A stretch of DNA of 40,431 bases from Chiloscyllium plagiosum. Its lineage: Eukaryota. The stretch spans positions 73,944,881 to 73,985,311 of the forward strand of contig NC_057711.1 in assembly GCF_004010195.1 (NCBI RefSeq), written 5' to 3'. The notes beneath the pieces were generated by a model. That model was not told the origin of the DNA. It saw nothing but the letters and a program-made list of their open reading frames with translations, and searched no databases. Of the stretch, positions 11,260 to 23,865 are shown one piece after another. The stretch's first letter is position 1. Each line of letters starts with the position of its first letter. The position numbers and the translations under genes were made by a program.

Positions 11260-12574
11260 CTGTAATACATTATCAAATAGCATTTCAAGTTTATAGCATC
11301 ATATATACAGATAGATGACAGCTTTATTTAAAAATCTAATATTAACTTTTTAAAAAAAAATGAAGAATTATAAAGGCAAATGAAGGGCAAAAGGTAATGG
11401 AGTGGGACTTAACTGAATTGGTCTTGGATATGGATTTAATAGATTCAGTGGTCTCCTTTGTTCGATAACCATTCTTTCATTTTGATAGTTAGAACACATT
11501 GACCAATACAAGGGCATTTGTTGCAGTTGAAAGGAATGGGTGGAAGCTGAGAAATGCAATATTGATGGAAATATTGATGAAAAGACAATTCACATTATGC
11601 CACATATTCAACAGCCTCTGTCAGTTCCTTTATGTGTAAAAGGCTGAATTTTTAACTCTAGTGGGGATGAATTGTGTTTCTAAGGGTTTAGGGAATCAAG
11701 CATTTTGATGGTTTCACTGATTTCTGACTTCTTGATGAAATTAGCAGAATGTCAAATGTGGGAGCAAGAAGAACCAGCAACCCTCAGAGCCCCTTGTTGA
11801 GTAGTTTAGATCTCATTCTGAGTATGGGGAATAACCGTCAGCAAATTCCAATGATGAGCACGGAGGATCTGGGACTTGCTGCAGGATAGATATTGAGCAT
11901 GGGGAAGCTTTACTGTTGGTGACTGACTTGTGAAAGAGTTGTATGAAGGAGCAGATTTATTCATGCACCAACACAGACGTTATTGCTAGAGCGAAGAGGC
12001 TTGATTTTGAGAGTATTCTGAGCTTGGTATCTATGACCACTTCTCGCCATGCCCGCATGATCTCATTCACTGGAAGTCTACTTCTAAATAAAAGGAAGAG
12101 CACAACTCTCCTCTCCATCCTCCATTTTAGCCTTGAAGGAGGCATCAGCCAAATATGAGGCAGCCTGGAGGACCACAGCTAACTCTCTGCTTTCCCTGCT
12201 CATCTATTTCAATGTTAACAGCAAGCCTCGTCATGACTGCCTTTTGCCTTTTAAGTTTTCCCACTGTTTCCAATTTCCACCTCTTGCCTATGTCCATACA
12301 TGGAATTGAACCCAACTCTGGACCAACTAATCGCTGACACTTTGAAAATTTCATTATGACACTAGCACCAATATAGCACAAGGTTATGACCCAAAAATAT
12401 TCCAGATTCTTTGCCCAAGAATGAAACTTTAGCCCAAGGAGTCTGTCAATAAATTATTAGGACAAGTTACCTCTTCTCATGGTGAGCAATATTATTGGAA
12501 ACAGTTCAAAAGAAAATCAAAAGGTTAATTTCAAGGGTGAAAGGGCTGACTAATCAAGAACAATAAAACAGGTT

Positions 12575-13125
12575 AGGCCTTTATTCATTACAGATTAGGA
12601 GAATGAGGGGTGATCTTATTAAAATATATAGGATTCTGAGAATACTTGAAAGGCTAGATGTTGAAAAGATGTTTCCACTAGTGCAAAGCTAAAAATCACA
12701 CAATACCAGGTTATATCCACTAGGTTTATTTGGAAGCACTAGTTTTTGGAGCGCTGCTCCTTCATCAGGGTAACCAGTGCTTCCAAATAAACTTGGACTA
12801 TAACCTGGTGTTGTGTGATTTTTGACTTTGTCCACCGGTCCAACACTGATACCTCTACATCATATCCACTAGTGCAGGAATCTTAAACCGAGGAACATAG
12901 TTACAGAATAGGGGACATTCATTTAAAACCGAAATGGAAAGGAATTTCTTCTGTCAGTAGACAATGAATGTCTGGAATTCTCTACCTCAGGCAGTCATGG
13001 AGGCTAGATTACTGAAATTCTTTAATGAGGAGATGGATAGATATTTGAAATATCGAGGAGTGTAGATGAGCTATAATCATATAGAATGGCAGGCTTGAGG
13101 CGCGAAATGGTGTATTCCTCTTTTT
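12575..13125 (+). mobile_element. Decayed CR1 LINE 3' end, interrupted by a fold-back element
   Basis: RRMRGDLIKIYRIL, KTEMERNFFCQ..NVWNSLP, tail GCAGGCTTGAGG..GAAATGG. Confidence 0.8.
12674..12876. mobile_element. Penelope-derived fold-back mini-element (second family) with 12-bp TSD and decayed hammerhead
   Basis: TSD TCCACTAGTGCA at 12674-12685 and 12865-12876; inverted AAAAATCACACAA..GGAAGCACT arms; - strand CUGAUGA-A-GGAGC-AGC-GCUCC-AAAAACUA. Confidence 0.8.
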
Positions 13126-13544
13126 TTTATTTCTTGTGCTCTTATTTTTTTAACAAGAACAACAAATTTGGCTTTAAACATTTTGAAACGGTATATTACA
13201 AATCTAATATTCTGTTAGCAGTTATGGAAAAGTACCTGTTACCACACTGGCAAGTTTTGATCAAAGGTGTCCGTTCAATGCACAATAATTGCTTTTACTG
13301 GAGGACAATGACACTCCAATGAAGAAGGATGGCTCAATTCAAGATAGACCCATCCTGGAGGCAAAAATTAGTCAGAGTTTCAAGGTTCTGCAAAGAGCCC
13401 TATATAGAGAAATGGAATCTGTGTACAAACAGAGAGAATGTGAAACAGTCCAACCTGCTAAACTTCATCCTAAACATCCCCTCACTTTTAGCTTGATGAT
13501 TGACAGAAGGTCTCTGACGAAATAACTAAAGATATTTAGGTCTA

Positions 13545-14030
13545 GGACACTATCCTAAGGAACTCCTGCAATTATATCCTGGAGCCGAGGTGATTCGTCT
13601 CCAACAACTACAACCACATTGCTTTGTGTTTGGTATAGCTCCAAAGAGTGGATGTGTTTTCCCTGATTTCCACTGACTTCAATTTTGCTTGGAATCTTTG
13701 ATTTCACATTCAGTCAAATGCCAGCTTGATATAAATGCATCACTCTTGCCTCACCTTATGAATTAAGCTCTTTGAGATAGTGAGGAGCACAGATGTTGTA
13801 AAGTCCGAGTCGATAAAAGTGGAGTTGGAAAAAGGTGAAGCAGCATTAAAGAAGCAGGAGAGTCAACCTTTTGGGCAGGACCCTTCATCAAGACTGGGAA
13901 GGAAGAAGTGGGCGGAGAAATAAATAAGGGTAGGATCTTTGATCCACGTTTGGATCAAGGCTGCTATGCCTCAGAGTTTGACTGACCATGGTGGAATCCA
14001 GATGTTCTCGACCACAAATCTTCAGTGGTT
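13545..14030 (-). mobile_element. Decayed LINE (CR1/L2 group) RT fragment carrying a Penelope-derived insert at about 13775-13935
   Basis: - strand reads like LDIKLAFD.MWNQ; insert resembles 8048/9735 (GAGATAGTGAGG..GCAGGAGAGTCAACCTTTTGGGCAGGACCCTTCATCAAG). Confidence 0.55.
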
Positions 14031-14213
14031 AGGTTGTTGCTCGGCCTATAACTTTTTCTTTTTTAAATAACTTCAGTTGTTGCTTGATATCAAATGAAGT
14101 GAATGAAATTGGTACTAAAAGATTTTGTTTTGAGCGGATTATTACTTTTGCACAGTTTCAGTTCAACTTTCCATATATTTCTGAACAGTTATGATTCAGT
14201 GATAAAATCCTAC

Positions 14214-14327
14214 CTCTAGCGTGTTAATATACAAATCATTTTCTTGATTTTCTTCTGGTGCTCCAATGACAGTAGCCCATTTTCCCATTACAGCATTTTC
14301 TGTTTCTTCCAATTTATTTAAACCATT
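14214..14327 (-). CDS. Exon j (NGLNKLEETENAVMGKWATVIGAPEENQENDLYINTLE)
   Basis: tttccatctgcag|AAT...GAG|gtagga; 114 nt; phase 0-0. Confidence 0.8.
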
Positions 14328-14839
14328 CTGCAGATGGAAATAACCATAGAAATAGTGAAAGGAATAAGGCATGATTATGCTTTTCAGGTCTTACTGTTGA
14401 AGTCCTCAATTGCAAGAAAATTTTACACCAGATCAATTTCAGAAATCTCAAGTTTTGTTTGAACTTAAACAGTCTCCACAAACCTTGCATTAGCAAAAGG
14501 CTAATTTTTTTCTGTCATTTTAATATTACTGGTTGCTCTAAAATCATTCAATTCCCAATCAACACCACTGGTCAATTTTCCAGGTCCTATAAAAATATCC
14601 CAAACCTCTGCCACTCCCAATTCAGTTCCCTGAGTAATGTAGTGATTCTCACCAGTCTGCATAAATGACTGGCCCACAAGAAGCCTTTTAGTGTCTGTTT
14701 GATCCTTGCAATATATCAACTGCCTGCTAATGAGACCTGACCAACAAGGCAGTTTTAGTGCCATTAGGCAGATTGTGTAATTGCAAAACAATCCACCTGC
14801 CCAATTACTGCAGCTGAGTAAAATTAGCCAATTAAAAGT

Positions 14840-15502
14840 AGGGTCATCTTGTGGTATAGAGAAAGCATTACGTTAGAGCCCGGGTGTCCTTGGAGAAGGA
14901 GCACGCGGTGTCCACCAACACCCTGGAGTTGTTAAGGGAGAGGTGGGCGCCGCAGGGAGTGGAGTGTATTATTTCTCCCTCCAACTCTATTTTGATTTAG
15001 TCCCTACCCTCCCCTTCACTGTTTTGATCACACAGCATTGCCCTTTGATGTGAAGGGCAGTGTTTGTCACTGGCCACCCGGGTGTTTTCCTATCTTCCTG
15101 GTGGTGGAAATTGAATAAAGATTTGTGCACCTTGTGTCTCTCACTGTGTCTCACACCTACACACACACACCATGGATGCTGGGGAAAAATAAGCACTACC
15201 GCAGTTAGGCGGTAGTGTGGGGGTTAAATTAAAAAAAAGAAAAAAGAAAAAAGAAGAAAAAAAAACAAAAAATAAAAAAAAACAGGAGATTTTAAAAAAT
15301 ATATAAATAGGAGATTTGGGTGCTGGGAAAAAAATAAGCACTACCACAGTTAGGCGGTAGTGTGGGGGTTTAATGAAAGAAAGAAAGAAAAAGAAAAAAA
15401 TATAGAGAAAGCATCTTTGCCCCTAATCTAAGATGCCAGGGTTCAAGTCCAACCCTGCTCCAGAGGTATGTAATAATAGCTCTGAACAGGTTGATTCAAA
15501 AA
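14840..15502 (+). mobile_element. tRNA-like SINE head split by the Tx1 insertion
   Basis: A-box-like TGGTATAG at about 14852 and B-box-like GGTTCAAGTCC at about 15440, on either side of the insert. Confidence 0.55.
14869..15400 (+). mobile_element. 5'-truncated Tx1-type (L1 clade) LINE 3' end
   Basis: YVRARVSLEKEHAVSTNTLELLRERWAPQGVECIISPSNSILI*; AATAAA 15114-15119; A-rich tails; 14-bp TSD TATAGAGAAAGCAT at 14855-14868 and 15401-15414. Confidence 0.85.
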
Positions 15503-15729
15503 ATAGGTTAAATTATAAAATATAAACAGATTGATTTATGAACATCTGACTTATAAAAACCCAACATAGAAACATTCCTGTTCTTATGAATGGCTCCTTT
15601 CTATTATCCTACTCTCTACTCTGATTTGTGAGCAAGTTGACTTGCAAACTTCCAGACAAAACCTCTTTATTCAATTTTTATAACATTTAATGTAATTTTG
15701 AGTTTTTATTTTTTGAGTTAGTAACATAT

Positions 15730-16843
15730 TGTTACTTAAATATTCCTGTAGCTATGGTGATTTCTTAAAACAGGTTTTGTAACTCAGCTTTAGAATTAAT
15801 GGGGTTAACCCTTTTAAATCTTTCTCCTCTCACCCTAATTCTATGCCCTCTCATTCTGGATCAAACAAGTTAATCAAGCTCCAGTTTAGAAGACTGACAG
15901 AGGCTTTTTTTTTTAAACGAAAAGACACAAAGCTTACAGTGAGAGAGATTAATTTTTCAGGTTTATTTTGAGTTTTGAGCAGTCCTATAAAATACTTTGA
16001 AGGTGGCTGAATAGATCACTCCTCCTATGAACAAAAGGATAAAGTTAAACTAGACCCTAGACCAGAATTTTTGGGATTAAACCCTGAAGAAGTTACTTGA
16101 AGCAGTGTATGTTTAAGATCCGTATCATGAATAGCTCCAAGAAGAACCTACCTACAGTTCTAGTCTATAAACTAAAGTCACAAGTGATTTAACTCCATTG
16201 AGGTTTTAGAGTCATGGACTCCAATGTGAATACTGTATGAATGGTGTTTTTGGGTACTGTACTGGGGCTTGTTTTGGGTTCTATAAAACAGCTTTTCTTT
16301 TCAATTTCTAAAGGGTTGTTTTGGGATTAATGGGATTATACTTGTATTTCAAAACTTTAAATTTACGTTATAAGTAGATGATCTGATTGGTTCTACTTCA
16401 TTTCTTTGTTAGTAAACTGCAAACTTATTGCAAAATAAACTTTTGCAGCATTATGTGCTAATGTTTCAGTGTGAGACCACTTTGTTGAAACTAAATCAGC
16501 TTAAATTAGGCCAGCGTGGTGGCCCAGTAGTTAGTACATCTGCCTCACAGCACCAGGGACCTAGGTTCGATACCAGCTTCAGGGGGTTTTCCTCTGGGTG
16601 CTTATTGGGACTGTTGTGTATATTTGGAACAGCATAAATAAGTCTAGCGTGGATAGACTGAGTTCTGTAGGGTTTCATTGTGTAACTTTGTGAATAAATC
16701 CTTGTCTGTTTTAAAACTGGTAGTCAACCTAGCTAACTTACTCTGGGTAATTTTCACTGTACACTTGCTGAAATAAATTGCAAAGTTATGGTCTGGGCTG
16801 CCTGCTTAAGAATGTTTTGAGTGGTCTGGCCTAGTCTATAACA
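15730..16843 (+). mobile_element. Composite of LTR-like remnants with a SINE head at 16509-16580
   Basis: Begins TGTTAC and ends CTATAACA; AATAAA near 16694; SINE head TGGCCCAGTAG..TGCCTCACAGCACCAGGGACC..GGTTCGATACC. Confidence 0.5.
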
Positions 16844-17131
16844 CTCCTGACTTTAATTTCTAGACTGGAGCGTAGATAGCTTCTTCCTGGAGCTATTCAT
16901 GCACCTGAGCTTAAACATACTCAGCTTTAAGTAACCTCTTCAGGATTCTAATATCAGAGTTCCAACTTTTATGTATTCATGAGACTATTCTGTGGACAAA
17001 GGCAACTTGAATATGCATGCAAATTCCATGGAATTCCAGGGCTATGATTTACCACCAAGATTAAAAGCATTCGCCACTTCTGTAATTTGGCAAAATGTCA
17101 ACTAAAACATGAAGGCTTCAGTTGGATTTAC

Positions 17132-17319
17132 CTTTGCATTTTTCTTCAGGTCTTGCATCTTCTGTGAGTCATTCTGCTGTTGCTCATCTGATAGCTTTAA
17201 TTCTGAGGTTGACTGCAGAAGGTGTTTATCCAGTTTTTCTCTGATAATTTCTTGCTGGGGTTTTAACATTTCTTGTATTCTTTCTATCTCTAGTCTACTC
17301 ATTTGAAGTTCTTTGAGGG
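17132..17319 (-). CDS. Exon i (T-LKELQMSRLEIERIQEML...DLKKNAK)
   Basis: atcctag|CC...AAG|gtaaat; 188 nt; phase 1-0, matching the phase-1 end of exon h. Confidence 0.88.
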
Positions 17320-17917
17320 CTAGGATAACAGATGTAAATTAAATTCGGGTGCCATATCATTAAAAATCTTTAAAAAATCCTTATGGGGTTAGTTTTAGCC
17401 TGGGTCGCTTTCTTCATCTTAACATATTTTCGATCTATTAGTCTTTTCTGCAGAGAAATTCCCAATATGGTCAGATCTTTGTTCGCAAGACTTGATTTTG
17501 CCTGTCCTCGGATGCTGCCTGAATTACTGTGCTCTTCCAGCACCACTGATCCAGAATCTAGTTTTATTAAAGACAAGGAGCAGGAATGGGCAGCTCAGCC
17601 CCTTAAGATTGCTCCTCCATTTAATATAATCATGACTGATGATCTTAGCTTGACCTCAACTCCACTCTTCTGCCTGCTCCCTACAACCCATAAACGTGCT
17701 AATAAGCAAAAATTTCAATCTCCTCCTAAATGTATTTAGTGTACCAGCATCTACTGCACTCCTGGGCAGTGAATTCCATGGATTCACAATCATTTGAGAA
17801 AAGTAATGTTTCCTCATCTTTGTTTTAGCTCTGCCAACCATTAGCCTAAATCTCTGACCTCTTGTTTTAGATTGTCCCACTAGGAGAAATCTTCCCTACG
17901 TTTACTTTGTCAATCCC

Positions 17918-18148
17918 CTTTAGCATCTTTAAAAATCACACAACACCAGGTTATAGTCCAACAAGTTTAATTGGAAGCACTAGCTTTCGGAGCGCCGCTC
18001 CTTCATCAGGTGGTTGAAGGAGTGGCGCTCCGAAAGCTAGTGTGCATCCAATTAAACCTGTTGGACTATAATCTGGTGTTGTGATTTTTAACTTTGTACA
18101 CCCCAGTCCAACGCTGGCATCTCCAAATCATGACTACTTTAGCCTCTT
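17918..18148. mobile_element. Penelope-derived fold-back mini-element (second family)
   Basis: TSD CTTTAGC(A/C)TCTT at 17918-17929 and 18137-18148; inverted arms about 17930-18005 and 18015-18090. Confidence 0.85.
17978..18012 (-). ncRNA. Minimal hammerhead ribozyme motif, intact
   Basis: CAC-CUGAUGA-A-GGAGC-GGC-GCUCC-GAA-AGCU-A/GUG: 3-bp stem I, 5-bp stem II, palindromic stem III. Confidence 0.75.
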
Positions 18149-19296
18149 AAATACTTCAACTTGATCTTTCCTCATTCTTTGAAACTCCAGAGATCACAGG
18201 CCCCTAAACTGCTCAATCTTTCTTCAAAAAGACAAGCCTTTCATCTCTGGAATCAATCTAGTGAAGGTTTTCTGAACCACCTCCATTGTAATCACATCCG
18301 TATTGTACCAAACTTGCTTTTTTTTTCACCAATTTTGAATTGTACTTGAAAGCCGTAAGAGACAACTCCTTATTTTCCATTGTATTATATGGACTCTGTC
18401 CATTTCAGCTGCAGAGCGAAAACAATGGTTTCATTGGAGTTGAGGAAGACGACATTGTTCATTGTGAACTTCAACTGAAGAAAGTTCTGGCCTATCTATA
18501 TTTAATACAGGTAGTCCGTCAAAATCAAAGTGGTTGTGGAATCACAGTAACAGGGCCTGGAACATGAGAGGCCTGGGCTGTAAGGGGCCTACAGTGCTTT
18601 GGCTGGGGCTGTTGTGTTCAGGTTGAGGGTGTAGCAACATTGTGCTTAGGTTGGGGCATTGGGGATGGTCTTGGAGCGACACTGAGATCTAGCCCTGTAT
18701 AGTTAATGTAACCCATGGCAGGGTGAAAGGGTGGGGTGTGTGGTGCAAGATTAAATATTATGGTACAATGAAAACAGTTACATAGTTGCAGATGGAAAAA
18801 AACAAGTATTGCTGCAAATGTTCTGGTTTGGCTATAATCAGAATGATTGGAACTAGCTATGGGTGCCACTCAGGGCTCAGAGTATAGTGGGATAGAATAA
18901 ATAATTGTGCTGAATGCCTAAGAGACAGCTCTCAAAGGAGAAAGAGGGATAATGAGAAGGTTATGATGATGAGAGTGTTAAAGGGGAGGGAGATGGTCAT
19001 GCATAAGATGTCAGTTAACATTGTGTCAGGAGAGATAGATGATCAATTCAGAGCTGGGTGCGGATGGAATCAAAGTTGTGGGAAGTTATTCTATAAAGGT
19101 TTTTTGGCTGAGGTAAATATAGGAAGGGGCAGATATTTAAAAATGGATGGCTCAATAGATTAATAACTTGAAATTGTTCCCATAATGTATTAGTTTTGAC
19201 AATACATCACAAAGCATTTTAATCCATTTTAAATTCTGTTGCTGATTTTATGTGTAACAGAAGTAATTGATAGCCAGACCAGACTAATAATTGATT

Positions 19297-19452
19297 TAGA
19301 CTCATAGAGATGAACAGCACGGAAACAAACCCTTTGGTCCAACCTGTCCATGCCGATCAGATATCCTAACCCAATCTAGTCCCACTTGCCAGCACTCGAT
19401 CCATATCCCTCCAAACCTTTCCTATTCATATACCCATCCAAATGTCTTTTAA
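19297..19452 (-). mobile_element. CR1 LINE 3' UTR fragment
   Basis: Reverse complement resembles the tail at 33240-33397. Confidence 0.8.
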
Positions 19453-19811
19453 CAAACATTAATAATTACTAACTATGAGGACATAGAAATTACTGTACAT
19501 TGTATATGAACAATCACAAAATATTTTTCTTAACCATATTAACTGCAGCTTATTAAAGTTAAATTGTTATAACTACAGAATCTAAAACAAAAAATGTTAA
19601 AAACAAATTCAAATAATACTTTCTTCATAATTCATTATGCCAAATACAGTATTCCTTTTTGAAAATCCAACAAAGTGTCTTTAAAAGGTTGTGGAGGATT
19701 TTAAAATGTATCTTTCTGGACAAATGTCAGATTAGGTGCTTTTGAGAATAGATTTGTACATTTAAAATCAACTTATTGTCATGGTATTTTTTTATGCCAC
19801 TTAAGACTTAC

Positions 19812-19872
19812 TTGAAATCTGATGCGAGTATAATTGACCTAGCTTCTGAGAAAATCTTTCCAGAATTTCAGT
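19812..19872 (-). CDS. Exon h (TEILERFSQKLGQLYSHQIS-T)
   Basis: tttatag|ACT...TCA A|gtaagt; 61 nt; phase 0-1. Confidence 0.88.
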
Positions 19873-21006
19873 CTATAAATTTAAAAAGCATACATTGTTC
19901 ATGTAATACTATACACTGGCATTAACTGTTTTTGCTGTTACATTCATTCCAGATGTTGATAAAATCTCAAGTTATTTTTGATATGATTACTTCAAATTGC
20001 TCTGAGTTAAACAAAACCATAACAATGAGCCATAAGCAGAGCATGATTACATAATGTATGCATATAGTTTGTAATAATTATGATTCATTATTGTGCACTA
20101 TAATGCAACAGTACAAAACTTTCTAAAAGTGTATTATTCATTACTATCCATTGTTCACTGTCTAAAGTGCTTTCTATTGCACTGAATAATTAAAAGACAT
20201 GTGACCTAAGACTCAAGAACCATAGAAAAATCTCAAATAACCATGGACTCATGTTTACAAAGATGCTTGATGAAAACACTTTAGAGGACTTTGGATAAAG
20301 CACAAGCACAATACCAGCTAGTAGGTTATTATTAATTAAGGTTGTAAACTCTGAATACAACCTGATGAAAGCATGATAAATTGGAAAACAAAGTTGAAGG
20401 GAGTGGGGAAATTGAAATAGTTGTGTTTGGGACTGACAGACAGGAAAACAGAATCACTTTTTCTACATTCATATATTCTTGTGAATAACATTACAGAAGG
20501 ATTTTGTTTTAAAGCCATCCATTAGGTGGCGTAAGAGTTCAACTGCCGCTTCTCTCAATGTTGCTCAAAAGAAAATCCAGAAACAATTCATTTTTGAGAT
20601 CTCAGTGCCAAGATCCCTCTGTGGAAAGTTGAAGTCTATTGGAGACAGCAGATTGAGGATGGTGCCATTTTGTTTAGCTAATTACACGTTAGCCAGAGTC
20701 GTCTTCGTTCATTGCCAATGGGTAAAAAAGTTAGTTTTGAGTTAGATCAATGTGTTTAAATGTGACAGAAATAAAAGCACTTTTTACTGTCAGATGTAAA
20801 CAAAAAAATTCTAGTTCCCAGTAACTGTCTCCTTGATAAAAGCAAACAAAAATCACAAAAATAGGAATATAAAGCAGAAATTGGAGAAGATTACTTTTTG
20901 AGAATGTGATTTTATGTTTTAATGTTACAGAAGCTTTGTACAACAAAAGTGAAACAATCTAATAAATCAGGCATGCATTGTGCTGTAGTTAACAATTATA
21001 TTTTAC

Positions 21007-21099
21007 CTTCTCATTCTCCCACTTCTCATATTCTTGTTTGTTTTGAATATGGATACCAGTGTTTTCTTGAATCAGTTGGTTGTTTTCATCCTTTAAACG
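21007..21099 (-). CDS. Exon g (RLKDENNQLIQENTGIHIQNKQEYEKWENEK)
   Basis: aattctag|CGT...AAG|gtaaaa; 93 nt; phase 0-0. Confidence 0.85.
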
Positions 21100-22236
21100 C
21101 TAGAATTAGTGAATGAAATTGAGTAATAAATTCATAGTTATTTCGTAAATGACAAAAAATTTACTTTGGGAATGTGGTTTGGCCAGTTACTCTTACTGAT
21201 CCTACTGAAGTGTGCAGGGTCACTGGGAGGTCACTTGTTTTCCTTATTGCTGCAAGCTTTCTCCGTCGTTACAGTACATTTTTGGAACTATCCTAATCCA
21301 GGATTTCCCTAAACATAACATTAGGTGAAGTATAATCTGCAATTAGAGCATAGATAACCTGCCTTTTGGCAAACTTTACTTTTGAATTTTCTGTCTGCTG
21401 AGGTAGATTTGGACTTCACAAGATTTTGTAAAATAGGCAATTTAAATGCAAACATACTATGAGAGAGCTATAAAACAGATAACATTTTACATGATGACCC
21501 AAAAACAAAATTACCCCATAACACTTTATTCTGGTAACAATAACAGGAAGGGGAATAGGCCAAACGTCACCATAGTATTAAACGAAATGCTGTGAATTGA
21601 TTGAAAAAACATTCTGCACAAAAGGCCTAGTTTTCAAATGCTTGTTGAGTTGGGACCCAAAATATGCATATTTTGAAAATTCCACAAATTATCGACACAA
21701 TCACAGTTAACTAAAAAATGTAAAATTCAAACTGAAATTTTTAATGCTTATTTTTCAGCAAAGGCCAAATAAAACATTTTGTTTGATTGGTGAAAGGATT
21801 TGGGCTGTCAACAAATTTGTGAGCAAACACGTGCATTGCCTTTATTCTGCCAAGTTTCCCTCATTCTGAAACTAGGAGGAAGTGTTGACCTAGTGGTACT
21901 ACTCCCTGCAGCAGTAATCCTGCAAACCAGGCTAATAGTCTATGAACGTGACCTTGATTGGTGAAATTTGACTTCAATCAATAAATGTGGATTTAAAAGA
22001 TAACCTAACGGTGACCATGAAACAATTGTCATGAAAACAACCCATCTGGCTCAGGGATAGAAATCTTTCATTCACAAATGAGCTGGCCAACATCTGATTC
22101 CAGATTAACAGCAATGTGAAGACATGCAACATGTACCAAAGTTTGGAGAACTGCCCCACGGACTAGTCATTCTTGACAAATCTACCTTACAGATGGTGTC
22201 CCAGACATTGGGAACTCTCCTGCAAGTAACACTTGC

Positions 22237-22566
22237 TTTTTTTTTAGATTAGATTAGATTAGATTATATTACAGTGTGGAAACAGGCCCTTCGGCCCAAC
22301 AAGTCCACACCGACCCGCCGAAGCGCAACCCACCCATACCCCTACATTTACCCCTTACCTAACACTACGGGCAATTTATCATGACCAATTCACCTAACCT
22401 GCACATTTTTGGACTGTGGGAGGAAACCGGAGCACCCGGAGGAAACCCACGCAGACACGGGAAGAATGTGCAAACTCCACACAGTCAGTCACCTGAGGCG
22501 GGAAATGAACCCGGGTCTCTGGCGCTGTGAGGCAGCAGTGCTAACCACTGTGCCACCGTGCCGCCC
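22237..22566 (-). mobile_element. Full-length HE1-like SINE
   Basis: - strand GGGCGGCACGGTGGCACAGTGGTTAGCACTGCTGCCTCACAGCGCC..GGTTCATTTCC; (AATCT)n-A tail. Confidence 0.92.
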
Positions 22567-22574
22567 ACTAACTA

Positions 22575-23105
22575 TTCTGACTATTCAAAACATTCCCACC
22601 ATATACAAGGCACAAATCAGGAGTACAATGGAAGACTCACCACTTGCCTGGATGAGGACAGCTCCAAATATGTTCAAAAAGCTCACACCTTCCAATGACA
22701 TGCATAGCATCCCATTTAACACCTCCATTACTTCCACCATTAAAACACAGTGGCAAAGTGAGTACCATCTACAAGATGCATTGCAACTACTCATCAAAGC
22801 TACTGAGATACCACCTTTCAACCCCTCTATCATTTTGAAGGACAAAGCAGTAGTTGCATGGGAAGACTGCCACTTGCAAAACTGCCTCCAAGTCACTCAC
22901 CATGCTGTCTTGGAATAATATTCCTATTCTTTCACTGTCATTGGATCAAAATCATGGAATTCTCTCTCTAACAACACTGTGGGTATACACATACCTGTTA
23001 AAGAAAGCCGCGTACAAGCACCTTCTACCAGGAACATAGGGACAGACTATAAATGCTGGCCTAGCTAGGAATTCCCACAGTCTATGAATAATTTTGAATA
23101 AATAT
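22575..23105 (+). mobile_element. Decayed LINE (CR1/L2 group) 3' end
   Basis: TIYKAQIRSTMEDSPLAWM, then SWNSL-like segment and tail ATAAATGCTGGCCTAGC. Confidence 0.7.
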
Positions 23106-23499
23106 ATCCTCTTGACCATCTGATTCATTTCCTGTTCTCCCAGGCAAAATGGCAATAGATACAGGTGGTAACTGCTTTCACTACTGGCCCTTCGCAGGCA
23201 GCTCCTGCATCCTGGAGGCACTTTGGTTTAATTAATTGGGATCTGAAATTATTGCCATCCAATTAGGACAGTGGCATTTAAAAGTAATGAGAGCAATGTG
23301 GTAACAGTACAAGGTGGAAAACCACATTTTATTCAGTTCGTACTTCTAACCCTGCTATGAAAATCCACCCCAATGGGAGTCCTTGGAACTTTGGACTAAA
23401 TTCAGTAAGATATATGTCCCTCAAAATTAGAACATATGGTACTGTAGTTTTGACCATATTAGTTAAAATTTATACATGCACATTTGTGCTTGACTCTAC

Positions 23500-23622
23500 C
23501 TGGATCATTTCTGCCCAGTATATGTTGTTCTTCCTTATGTGATCTTGATATGTTTTCAGTGCTTCCTTAAAAAATGTTATTTTGTCACTATGCTGTTTTT
23601 TCAACATTTGTATGGACCATCC
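23500..23622 (-). CDS. Exon f (GWSIQMLKKQHSDKITFFKEALKTYQDHIRKNNIYWAEMIQ)
   Basis: ttttggtcatag|GGA...CAG|gtagag; 123 nt; phase 0-0. Confidence 0.82.
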
Positions 23623-23865
23623 CTATGACCAAAATAAAACAAGTTGTACATTTCATCATTTTGTAAACCCATAAATCTTTATTTTTAATACAGATATTAA
23701 ATCTTTGCCTATAGCAGTTAGCAATGATGCACATGATCATGTATTTAACATACTTAGGTTGCTGCTGGAATGGAAACTTCTGTAATTCTATTTGGCAAAA
23801 CCTAAACTAAGTGCAAGGTTCATGAATGAATCCCACTGAAAAATCGGCAATGATATAAATGCTAC

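Larger units (their letters stand above)
17570..18310 (-). mobile_element. Decayed CR1 LINE 3' end, interrupted by a fold-back element
   Basis: GQSKTRGQRFRL..KTKMRKHYFSQMIVNPWNSLP on the - strand. Confidence 0.8.

Noticed and set aside
18345..18491. Candidate exon on the - strand
   Set aside because: Stops in all three frames from the best acceptor; exons h and i already join in phase.
20519..20532. CTCF-like motif CCATTAGGTGGCGT
   Set aside because: A single imperfect match is expected by chance.
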